NCBI GenBank assembly: GCA_963626295.1
Contig: CAVFWS010000001.1
Coordinates: 6,301-53,850, forward strand
Origin: Clostridium sp. CAG:138
GTDB taxonomy: Bacteria; Verrucomicrobiota; Kiritimatiellia; RFP12; UBA1067
Reading direction: 5' to 3'
Length of the DNA: 47,550 nucleotides
The position numbers and the translations under genes are program-made. The notes under the pieces were generated by a model, which was not told where the DNA came from, did not search any database, and was given only the letters and a program-made list of their open reading frames with translations. Of the stretch, positions 34,429 through 42,429 are shown piece after piece. Numbering within the stretch: the first letter of the stretch is position 1; every line of letters starts with the position of its first letter.

Positions 34429-34509
34429 CGCGCCCCGACATCCGTTAACGGGTCGAGTCGGATCCGGCGCGGGATTCCGCGCGATGAAACATAAGGAGTT
34501 TTGTGCAAA

Positions 34510-37500
34510 ATGAAGCGTGCTGACGTGGATAAGGTTCTAATTATCGGGTCTGGCCCCATTGTCATCGGGCAAGCGTGCGAGTTTGACTATTCGGGCACCC
34601 AGGCCTGCAAGGCGTTGCGGTCCTGCGGCTACAAGGTCGTGCTCGTCAACTCCAATCCGGCGACGATCATGACCGATCCGCTGATGGCGGACGCGACCTA
34701 CATCGAGCCGCTGAACGAGGAGCGCCTCGAGCAGATCATCGAGAAGGAGCGGCCTGACGCGATCCTGCCGAACCTCGGCGGGCAGACGGGGCTGAACCTT
34801 TCCATGAGCCTTGCCAAGAAGGGCGTCCTCGACAAGTACGGCGTGAAGGTCATAGGCGTGAATCTCGACGCCATCGAGCGCGGCGAGGACCGCGAGGTCT
34901 TCAAGGAGACGATGGCGAAGCTCGGCATAGAGACCCCCCGCAGCGGCATCGTCCACTCCGTCGACGAGGCGGTAGCGCTCGTCCACGACAGGATCGGCTA
35001 TCCGGTCGTCGTGCGCCCCGCATACACGATGGGCGGCGCCGGAGGCGGCTTCTGCTACAACGTGGAGGAGCTGCGCACGATATGCGCCCGCGGGCTTGAC
35101 GCGTCCCTTACCCACCAGTGCCTCATCGAGGAGTCGATCCTCAACTGGGAGGAGCTTGAGGTCGAGGTCGTCCGCGACGCGAAGAACCAGATGATCGCCG
35201 TCTGCTTCATCGAGAACATCGACGCGGTGGGCGTCCACACGGGCGACAGCTTCTGCGCGGCGCCGTTCCTCACGATCTCGAAGGAGCTGCAGGAGCGCCT
35301 GCAGCGCGACGCCTTCAGGATCGTCGCGTCGATCGGCGTGATCGGCGGCACGAACGTGCAGTTCGCGCACGACCCGAAGACGGGCCGCGTCGTCATCATC
35401 GAGATCAACCCGCGCACGTCCCGCTCGTCGGCCCTTGCGTCGAAGGCGACGGGCTTCCCCATCGCGCTCGTCTCGGCGAAGCTCGCGGCGGGGATGACGA
35501 TGGACGAGATCCCCTACTGGCGCGACGGGACGCTGGAGAAGTACACGCCGGGCGGGGACTACGTGGTCCTCAAGTTCGCGCGCTGGGCGTTCGAGAAGTT
35601 CCGCGCCGTGGAGGACCGCCTCGGCACGCAGATGAAGGCGGTCGGCGAGGTGATGTCCATCGGCAAGACGTACAAGGAGACCCTCCAGAAGGCGATACGC
35701 GCACTCGAGAAGGGCCGCGCCGGGCTCGGCTTCGCCAGGGACTTCCACGAGAAGAGCCTCGACGAGCTCCTGAAGATGCTTTCCACGCCGAACAGCGAGC
35801 GCCATTTCCAGATGTACGAGGCGCTGCGCAAGGGCGCGACCGACGAGCAGATCTTCAGCCTTACGGGCGTAAAGGCCTATTTCGTGCAGCAGATGCGCGA
35901 GCTCGTCCAGGAGGAGGAGGAGCTGCTGCGCCACAAGGGGTCGCTCCCGCCGGACGAGCTGCTCGTCAGGGCGAAGAGGGATGGCTTCAGCGACAAGTAC
36001 ATCGCCCAGCTGCTCAAGGTGGGCGAGAAAGAGGTGCGCGAACGCCGCACCGCCCTCGGATGCGTAGAGACGTGGCATGCCGTGCCCGTCTCCGGCGTGG
36101 AGAACCAGGCCTACTACTACTCTTCGTACAATGGCAGACCGGGCGAGGTTCCCGTCTCGGACAACAGGAAGAAGGTGCTCATCCTCGGCGGCGGACCGAA
36201 CCGCATCGGGCAGGGCATCGAGTTCGACTATTGCTGCACCCACGCGGCGATGGCCATGCGCGAGGCCGGATACGAGACGATCATGGTCAACTGCAACCCC
36301 GAGACCGTCTCCACGGACTACGATACGTCCGACAAGCTCTACTTCGAGCCCGTCACGCTCGAGGATGTGCTTCAGATATACCAGGCCGAGAAGCCGGAGG
36401 GCGTGATCGTGCAGTTCGGCGGGCAGACCCCGCTGAACATCGCGGCGGAGCTTGAGGCCGCCGGCTGCCGGATACTCGGCACGTCGGTGAAGTCCATCGA
36501 CGCCGCCGAAGACCGAGACCTGTTCCACTCCATCATGGACCGCCTCGGCGTCCCGATGCCGGAAAGCCGCATGGCGAGCGACCTCGAAGGCGCGCTGAAG
36601 GTCGTGGGGGAGATCGGCTATCCGATAGTCATACGCCCGTCGTTCGTCCTTGGCGGACGCGGAATGGAGGTCATCTACGACGAGACGATGCTCCGCGAGT
36701 ACATCGCGAAGGCCGTCGGCGTGACGCCGGACCGTCCGCTCTACCTCGACCGATTCCTGCACCACGCCCTTGAATGCGAGGCGGACGCGCTTTCCGACGG
36801 CAAGGACGTGTTCATCCCGGCGATCATGCAGCACGTCGAGCTCGCAGGCGTGCATTCGGGAGACTCCGCGTGCGTGCTTCCGCCCGTGGCGATCAGCGAG
36901 GAGAACAAGGCGACGATCCTCGACTACACGCGGCGCATCGCAAGCGAGCTGAAGGTCGTCGGCCTCATGAACATGCAGTTCGCGATAGAGGACGGCAAGG
37001 TGTATGTCATCGAGGCGAATCCGCGCGCATCGCGCACCGTGCCGCTCGTGTCGAAGGTGGCGGGTACGCAGATGGCCCGCATCGCCACGAGGCTGATGCT
37101 CGGCGAGTCCGTGGGATCGCTCGGACTGGACAGGCACAGGACGATCCCGTACTACGGCGTGAAGGAGGCGGTATTGCCGTTCGAGAAGTTCCCGGAGGTG
37201 GATCCCGTGCTTGGCCCGGAAATGCGCTCGACCGGCGAAGTGCTCGGCCTCGCGGAGACGTTCGGCCTTGCCTACTACAAGTCGCAGGAGGCGGCAGGAG
37301 CCCCTCTTCCGATCCTTTCCGGCAAGCTGCTGGTGTCGCTATCCGAGAAGCCGGACGATGCCGCCGTGGCGGCCAAGAATTTCGCGGACCTCGGCTTCGA
37401 GATCGTGGGCACGGAGGGAACCGTCAGATTCCTGCGGGAGAAGGGCGTTCCGGCGAATGTGGTCGCGAAGATCGGCCAGGGCCGTCCCGATGTGCTCGAC

Positions 37501-37725
37501 ATGATAAAGAACCGGGAGATCGCCCTCATCCTGAACACGCCATCCAACAGGCGGGATTCCCGCGCGGACGACAACTCGATCCGTCGGGCGGCGATCAAGT
37601 ACCGCATCCCGTACCTCACGACGATCGCCGCCGCGCTTGCCGCGTCGGAAGGCATCAAGGCCGCCCGCGAGGGCAAGGGCGAGGTGCGCTCGCTGCAGAG
37701 CTACCACGCATCGATCATAGGATGA
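34510..37725 (+). CDS. carB: carbamoyl-phosphate synthase large subunit
   Basis: KVLIIGSGPIVIGQACEFDYSG, duplicated ATP-grasp halves and an MGS-like C-terminus. The ATG at 34510 is 11 nt after the SD; the track start at 34501 is a TTG. Confidence 0.95.
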   Translation: MKRADVDKVLIIGSGPIVIGQACEFDYSGTQACKALRSCGYKVVLVNSNPATIMTDPLMADATYIEPLNEERLEQIIEKERPDAILPNLGGQTGLNLSMSLAKKGVLDKYGVKVIGVNLDAIERGEDREVFKETMAKLGIETPRSGIVHSVDEAVALVHDRIGYPVVVRPAYTMGGAGGGFCYNVEELRTICARGLDASLTHQCLIEESILNWEELEVEVVRDAKNQMIAVCFIENIDAVGVHTGDSFCAAPFLTISKELQERLQRDAFRIVASIGVIGGTNVQFAHDPKTGRVVIIEINPRTSRSSALASKATGFPIALVSAKLAAGMTMDEIPYWRDGTLEKYTPGGDYVVLKFARWAFEKFRAVEDRLGTQMKAVGEVMSIGKTYKETLQKAIRALEKGRAGLGFARDFHEKSLDELLKMLSTPNSERHFQMYEALRKGATDEQIFSLTGVKAYFVQQMRELVQEEEELLRHKGSLPPDELLVRAKRDGFSDKYIAQLLKVGEKEVRERRTALGCVETWHAVPVSGVENQAYYYSSYNGRPGEVPVSDNRKKVLILGGGPNRIGQGIEFDYCCTHAAMAMREAGYETIMVNCNPETVSTDYDTSDKLYFEPVTLEDVLQIYQAEKPEGVIVQFGGQTPLNIAAELEAAGCRILGTSVKSIDAAEDRDLFHSIMDRLGVPMPESRMASDLEGALKVVGEIGYPIVIRPSFVLGGRGMEVIYDETMLREYIAKAVGVTPDRPLYLDRFLHHALECEADALSDGKDVFIPAIMQHVELAGVHSGDSACVLPPVAISEENKATILDYTRRIASELKVVGLMNMQFAIEDGKVYVIEANPRASRTVPLVSKVAGTQMARIATRLMLGESVGSLGLDRHRTIPYYGVKEAVLPFEKFPEVDPVLGPEMRSTGEVLGLAETFGLAYYKSQEAAGAPLPILSGKLLVSLSEKPDDAAVAAKNFADLGFEIVGTEGTVRFLREKGVPANVVAKIGQGRPDVLDMIKNREIALILNTPSNRRDSRADDNSIRRAAIKYRIPYLTTIAAALAASEGIKAAREGKGEVRSLQSYHASIIG

Positions 37726-37742
37726 TTACGGGAGTGACTGGC

Positions 37743-39191
37743 ATGGAAAACGCATCACGTGATTCCGCTTGTCGCGGGAAGGCGGCTGGCGGCTGCAGCC
37801 GCAGGGACTTCGTGGCGATGGGTGCCATGGCCGCAATGGCGGCCGGCGCCGGATACGCTTCGGCGCAGGGGCGTCCTGCGGGAGCGGCGGGCGGCCGCCC
37901 GTTCAAGGCGATCACGATCTCCACGACGGATTGCCTGTTCGAGCGCGAGCCGATGGTGCGTCCGTTTGGCTTCAAGGGCGGATATCTCACCGAAGGGTGG
38001 GTCGTGGCGTCGTGCGTGAGGTCGTCCTCCGGCAGGTTCGGCATCGGCCTCGGCACCCAGAGCTGCCTGTGGAGCGACGCGAGCGTGTTTTCGTCCAACT
38101 CCGAGGCGGGCGGCAACGCGATGATGTTCGCGATGACCCAGCATGCGCTGAAGCTGCTCGAGGGGCGTTCGTTCGTCTCGCCGGTGGAGCTCAACGACTG
38201 GCTGTGGCCGCAGGTGTGGGAATACGGCAAGCGCATAACGTCCAACCCGAAACTGAGGGCGACGTTCGCGCTCAATGCGCTCGTATCCGTGGACAACGCC
38301 ATATGGGTGCTGTTCGCCAGGGAGAACGGCCTGACGTCCTTCGACGAGATGATCCCGGATGCGTACAGGCCGGCTCTCTCGGCGCACCATTCGAAATGCG
38401 CCTCCATCCCCCTGTTCTCGTACAAGGTGCCGCCGGCCGAGATCAAGTCCGCCGTGGATTCCGGGTACTTCTTCATGAAGATCAAGATCGGTCAGCCCGG
38501 CACGCAGGAGGAGATGCTCGCGAAGGACATGGCCCGCGTGTCGCAGATACACGCAGTCCTGAAGGATTGCCGTACGCCTTACACGAAGACGGGCAGGCTC
38601 CCGTACTATTTCGACGCCAACGGGCGCTACGCCAAGAAGGAGACGCTTTTCAGGTTCGTGGATCACCTGAAGAGGATCGGCGCGTACGGGCAGGTCGCGA
38701 TAATTGAGGAGCCGTTCGACGAGTATGCGGACATCGACGTGAACGACATCCCCCTGCGCCTTGCCGCCGACGAGTCAGCGCATACCGTAAGGGATGCGCT
38801 TGAGCGGATCGACATGGGATACAGGGCGATGGCGCTGAAGCCGATAGCGAAGACCATGTCGATGTCCATGAAGATCGCCCAGGCCGCGTGCGACAAGGGC
38901 ATTCCCTGCTTCTGTGCCGACCTTACGGTCGCACCGGTCCTCGTCGAGTGGAACAAGTCGGTCGCGGCGCGTCTGCCGGCGTTCCCGGGGATTGGCGGTC
39001 TCGGGCTTGTCGAGACGAACGGGCACCAGAACTTCCGCAACTGGGAGGCCATGCGAAAGGACCTCGCGTACCCGGACGCGCACTGGACGCGCACCGAGCG
39101 CGGCGTATTCGAGTGCGATTCCGACTACTACGCGAAATCGGGCGGGATACTTGCGCCCATGCCGCGCTACGAGAAGATGTTCCGCATCTGA
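37743..39191 (+). CDS. Tat-signal-bearing enolase-superfamily (mandelate racemase / muconate lactonizing enzyme-like) protein
   Basis: The real start lies inside the 805-aa read-through ORF 36774..39191, with GGGAG at 37730-37734. Twin-arginine signal CSRRDFVAMGAMAAMAAGAGYASA-QG. Superfamily-like blocks FFMKIKIG (KxK), YFDANGRY, IIEEPF and LAADES. Confidence 0.7.
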   Translation: MENASRDSACRGKAAGGCSRRDFVAMGAMAAMAAGAGYASAQGRPAGAAGGRPFKAITISTTDCLFEREPMVRPFGFKGGYLTEGWVVASCVRSSSGRFGIGLGTQSCLWSDASVFSSNSEAGGNAMMFAMTQHALKLLEGRSFVSPVELNDWLWPQVWEYGKRITSNPKLRATFALNALVSVDNAIWVLFARENGLTSFDEMIPDAYRPALSAHHSKCASIPLFSYKVPPAEIKSAVDSGYFFMKIKIGQPGTQEEMLAKDMARVSQIHAVLKDCRTPYTKTGRLPYYFDANGRYAKKETLFRFVDHLKRIGAYGQVAIIEEPFDEYADIDVNDIPLRLAADESAHTVRDALERIDMGYRAMALKPIAKTMSMSMKIAQAACDKGIPCFCADLTVAPVLVEWNKSVAARLPAFPGIGGLGLVETNGHQNFRNWEAMRKDLAYPDAHWTRTERGVFECDSDYYAKSGGILAPMPRYEKMFRI

Positions 39192-39205
39192 GGCGAAGGC
39201 TACAG

Positions 39206-40438
39206 ATGGAACGCTTCGAGCTGGCAAGGGAACTGCAGGACGAGATCCGCACCCGCGTGATGGGTGACGGGTTCATCAAGATCGTGCAGACGGTAAGGCG
39301 CAACGGAAAGTTCTTCAAGATCGCGATGAGGCCCGTCGAGATCGGCGGCGTGAGGAAGTTCCAGGCGGAAATGACCGACGAGGGCCAGGTAAGGGTAAGG
39401 AACTTTGACGCCAAGGGGGCGGCTGATGGCCTCGAGGAGATCATCTCGCAGAAAGGCGCCCGCGACCTGCATCTCATCACCGCCGACGGGGATCTGCACG
39501 TGCGCGTGACCCGCAAGGGACACGCCCTCGCCTCAAGGTCGGCGAAGATGAGCCGTGACGCCACGGTAAGGCCGCATGACCGCGTAAAGAGGCAGCCCCT
39601 GACCTCATTCGATTCGTCCGCGCTGCTGAGGGCGATAGGCATTGCAGACGGAGAGGGCCGCATAAGGGCCTCGATGCGCGGAAAGTACGATCAGGTCAAC
39701 GAGTTCCTGCGCATAGTCGGCGAGACGGTCGTTGAAGAGCCCGGCAAGGCGTTCACCGTTGTGGACTGCGGCTGCGGGAAGGCGTACCTGACGATCTCGC
39801 TGTGGTTCTACCTCACGCTCGCGCGAGGCTTCGGGAACGTGCGCGTCGTCGGGATAGACAGGAGGGCGGACGTCATTGAGGCCGCGAAGGCGATGGCCGA
39901 ACGCCTTGACGTCTCGAATGCGGTGGAGTTCGTCGAAAGCGACCTGACGGCGTTGCCGGATGGCGCGGCCATGCCGGGCGGACTGGATCACGTGGACCTC
40001 GTGGTGTCCCTCCATGCGTGCGACACCGCCACGGACGAGGCGATGGCGCGTGGGGTCGAGTGGAAGGCCCGCTACGTATTGAGCGCGCCGTGCTGCCAGC
40101 ATGAGCTGCAGAGGACGATCGGCGCAAATGCCGCCCACTCCGATTTCGCGGGGCTGCTTCGTCAGAACATCCTCCGCGAACGGCTTTGCGACATCCTCAC
40201 CGATTCGTTCCGTGCCATGATAATGCGCATATTGGGCTTCCGCGCGCAGGTAGTGGAATTCGTGTCGCCGGACGCCACTGCCCGCAACATACTCCTGAAA
40301 TGCGAATATGGCGTCAAGCCGGGTCAGTCCGGCGTTGTCGCGGAGTACCTGAATCTGCGCGACTACTGGAAAGTGAAGCCTTGGCTTGAGGCGAGGCTTG
40401 CAAAGGTCCTCGAACGGCATCTTGTGCGCTACTCTTGA
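39206..40438 (+). CDS. class I SAM-dependent methyltransferase (Methyltransf_32-like) with N-terminal unknown domain
   Basis: The ATG at 39206 lies behind GAAGG. VVDCGCGKAYLT (motif I), VVGIDRR and VVSLHACDTATD...APCCQHEL. About 130 aa of N-terminal domain has no motif I recognise. Confidence 0.72.
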   Translation: MERFELARELQDEIRTRVMGDGFIKIVQTVRRNGKFFKIAMRPVEIGGVRKFQAEMTDEGQVRVRNFDAKGAADGLEEIISQKGARDLHLITADGDLHVRVTRKGHALASRSAKMSRDATVRPHDRVKRQPLTSFDSSALLRAIGIADGEGRIRASMRGKYDQVNEFLRIVGETVVEEPGKAFTVVDCGCGKAYLTISLWFYLTLARGFGNVRVVGIDRRADVIEAAKAMAERLDVSNAVEFVESDLTALPDGAAMPGGLDHVDLVVSLHACDTATDEAMARGVEWKARYVLSAPCCQHELQRTIGANAAHSDFAGLLRQNILRERLCDILTDSFRAMIMRILGFRAQVVEFVSPDATARNILLKCEYGVKPGQSGVVAEYLNLRDYWKVKPWLEARLAKVLERHLVRYS

Positions 40439-40446
40439 GATGTCGC

Positions 40447-41328
40447 ATGTACGGTGAGTTTGAGGTCGAGTGCCTGAGTCGCCGCGCCGCGATCGTGTCC
40501 GCGATGCGGGCGTTCTTCGATGGGCTGGGGTTTGTCGAGGTGGAGACCCCGGTGCGGATCGCGGCGCCGGCCCCCGAGCCGCACATAGACTGTCCGGCGG
40601 TGGCTTCTCCGGAATGCGGCAATCCCGTGTCCTATCTGCGCGCATCCCCGGAGCTTCAGATGAAGAAGCTCCTTGCCGCAGGGATGGAGCGGATATACCA
40701 GATCGGCCCTTGTTTCCGCGAGGGCGAGCGGGGGACGCGGCATAGTCCTGAATTCACCATGATCGAATGGTACCGCAGGCACGCCGATTACCTTGCGATA
40801 CTCGAGGACTGCGAGTCGCTGTTCAGGAGGCTGACGGCGGTCGTGGGCGGCGATGCGTCCGAATGCTCGTTCAGGCGCATCAGGGTGCGCGATGCGTACC
40901 TCATGTGGGCGGGATGGGATCCGTGGACGGAGTGGGATCGGGACCGCTTCGACCTCGACATGTCCGCGAAGATAGAGCCTGCGCTGAAGCGCGAGGGCGC
41001 GGTATTCCTGATGGACTATCCGCCACGGGCGGCGAGCCTTGCGCGGTTGCGCGGGGATGCCGCGGAACGCTGGGAGCTGTACGTCGACGGCATGGAGCTC
41101 GCAAACTGCTTCTCGGAGCTGTGCGACCCGGATGAGCAGCGGCGGCGTTTCGTCGCGGCAAGGGATGAGCGAAGGGCGCTTGGCGAGTCCGACTATCCCA
41201 TAGACGAGGATTTCCTGTCGGAACTCGGCAACATCGGATCTGCCGCCGGCGTCGCGCTCGGCGTCGATCGCCTTGTGATGACGCTTCTTGGAGTGCGCCA
41301 GATAGACAGGGTGCGCGCGCTGGCGTAG
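40447..41328 (+). CDS. epmA: EF-P lysine aminoacylase (truncated class II LysRS paralogue)
   Basis: LRASPELQMKKLLAAGMERIYQIGPCFREGERGTRHSPEFTMIEWY (class II motif 2) and GVALGVDRLVM (motif 3). There is no anticodon-binding domain. Confidence 0.8.
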   Translation: MYGEFEVECLSRRAAIVSAMRAFFDGLGFVEVETPVRIAAPAPEPHIDCPAVASPECGNPVSYLRASPELQMKKLLAAGMERIYQIGPCFREGERGTRHSPEFTMIEWYRRHADYLAILEDCESLFRRLTAVVGGDASECSFRRIRVRDAYLMWAGWDPWTEWDRDRFDLDMSAKIEPALKREGAVFLMDYPPRAASLARLRGDAAERWELYVDGMELANCFSELCDPDEQRRRFVAARDERRALGESDYPIDEDFLSELGNIGSAAGVALGVDRLVMTLLGVRQIDRVRALA

Positions 41329-41380
41329 GCGCGGAGGACGGATTGGGGACTGACGCGCGCACTTCTTCCCTGCGCACATA

Positions 41381-41389
41381 TGGTATAAT
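41381..41389 (+). promoter_or_regulatory. extended -10 element (TGGTATAAT) upstream of folD
   Basis: Implies a leader of about 90 nt before the ATG at 41488 (GGGAG at 41481-41485). Confidence 0.5.
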
Positions 41390-41487
41390 AGCGGGCGTTC
41401 GTTTTGTTCGCAGAACCGGATGCGCAGGCACGTGGGGTGGCCCGCGTCCCGATCGCGAGGCCCGGCAGGGATATCTGTGAGGGAGAA

Positions 41488-42378
41488 ATGAGAGCAAAGA
41501 TCATAGACGGAAAGAGGTTGGCGGAGGACATTCGCGCCGAGATCGCGCGTGGGGTGGCTTCGCTGAAGGCGGAGAGCGGCGTCACGCCGGGCTTGGCGGT
41601 GATACTTGTCGGCGACAACCCCGCGAGCGTGTCCTACGTGACGGCAAAGGAGAGGGCGTGCCGCGAGGCCGGGATGCTTTCGCGCGAGATACGCCTGCCG
41701 GAATCGATTTCCGAGGATGAGCTGATAGCCGAGATAGGGCGGCTGAACGCAGACCCCGCGATTCACGGGATACTCGTCCAGCTGCCGTTGCCGAAGGGCT
41801 TCAGCGAGAGGCGCGTGACATATGCGATCGCACCGGAAAAGGATGTGGACGGCTTCACCCCCGTCAACGTCGGAAAGATGCTGATAGGGGAGGACTGCTT
41901 CCTGCCCTGTACGCCGCATGGGATAATCAGGCTCATAGAGGCTGCGGGGATGGATCTCGCGGGGAAACACGCCGTCGTCATAGGCCGGTCCAACATAGTC
42001 GGCAAGCCGGTGGCCGCGCTGCTTTCGCGCAAAAGCGTAAACGCCACGGTCACGCTGTGCCACACCGGGACCGTGGACATCGCCGCATTCACGCGTACGG
42101 CGGACGTGGTGGTGGTGGCGGCAGGTCGCCCGAACACGCTAACCGGAGATATGCTTAAGGAGGGGGCCGTAGTGATAGACGTGGGCGTTAACCGCGTCGC
42201 CGACGCCACGAGGCCCAAGGGGTACAGGCTTTGCGGCGACGCCGATTTCGGATCCTGCGCGGAAGTGGCTTCGGCCATCACTCCGGTTCCGGGCGGCGTC
42301 GGCCCGATGACGATAACCATGCTTCTGTGGAACACGCTTGAAAGCGCCAGGAAGCGGCATGGGGCTCGCGTCCGGTAG
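41488..42378 (+). CDS. folD: bifunctional methylenetetrahydrofolate dehydrogenase/cyclohydrolase
   Basis: PGLAVILVGDNPASVSYV, VIGRSNIVGKP and PVPGGVGPMT. Confidence 0.92.
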   Translation: MRAKIIDGKRLAEDIRAEIARGVASLKAESGVTPGLAVILVGDNPASVSYVTAKERACREAGMLSREIRLPESISEDELIAEIGRLNADPAIHGILVQLPLPKGFSERRVTYAIAPEKDVDGFTPVNVGKMLIGEDCFLPCTPHGIIRLIEAAGMDLAGKHAVVIGRSNIVGKPVAALLSRKSVNATVTLCHTGTVDIAAFTRTADVVVVAAGRPNTLTGDMLKEGAVVIDVGVNRVADATRPKGYRLCGDADFGSCAEVASAITPVPGGVGPMTITMLLWNTLESARKRHGARVR

Positions 42379-42429
42379 ACGAACCATCGCCGCCGGACGC
42401 ATGGCGGCAGACAGACAGGGGGAAGGCGT

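Noticed and set aside
34429-34509. carB leader examined for a PyrR-type attenuator
   Set aside because: There is a short hairpin (GCGCGG-gatt-CCGCGC) but no PyrR-box-like sequence and no terminator T-tract.
34537-37137. 866-aa ORF antisense to carB
   Set aside because: carB is unambiguous on the plus strand. The antisense product is low-complexity Arg/Leu/Asp/His sequence.
36774-39191. 805-aa ORF suggesting one large gene spanning the carB 3' end and the enolase-like gene
   Set aside because: The first ~320 codons are an out-of-frame reading of carB. A proper SD, ATG (37743) and Tat signal mark the real start.
41390-41487. ~90-nt folD leader examined as a possible ZTP (pfl) or THF riboswitch
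   Set aside because: I could not find the conserved cores as I recall them (for example CUGGCG plus CCGCCUGGGC for ZTP). Only a GC-rich hairpin (GGCCCGCG...CGCGAGGCC) is present. A covariance-model scan (Rfam/Infernal) would settle this.
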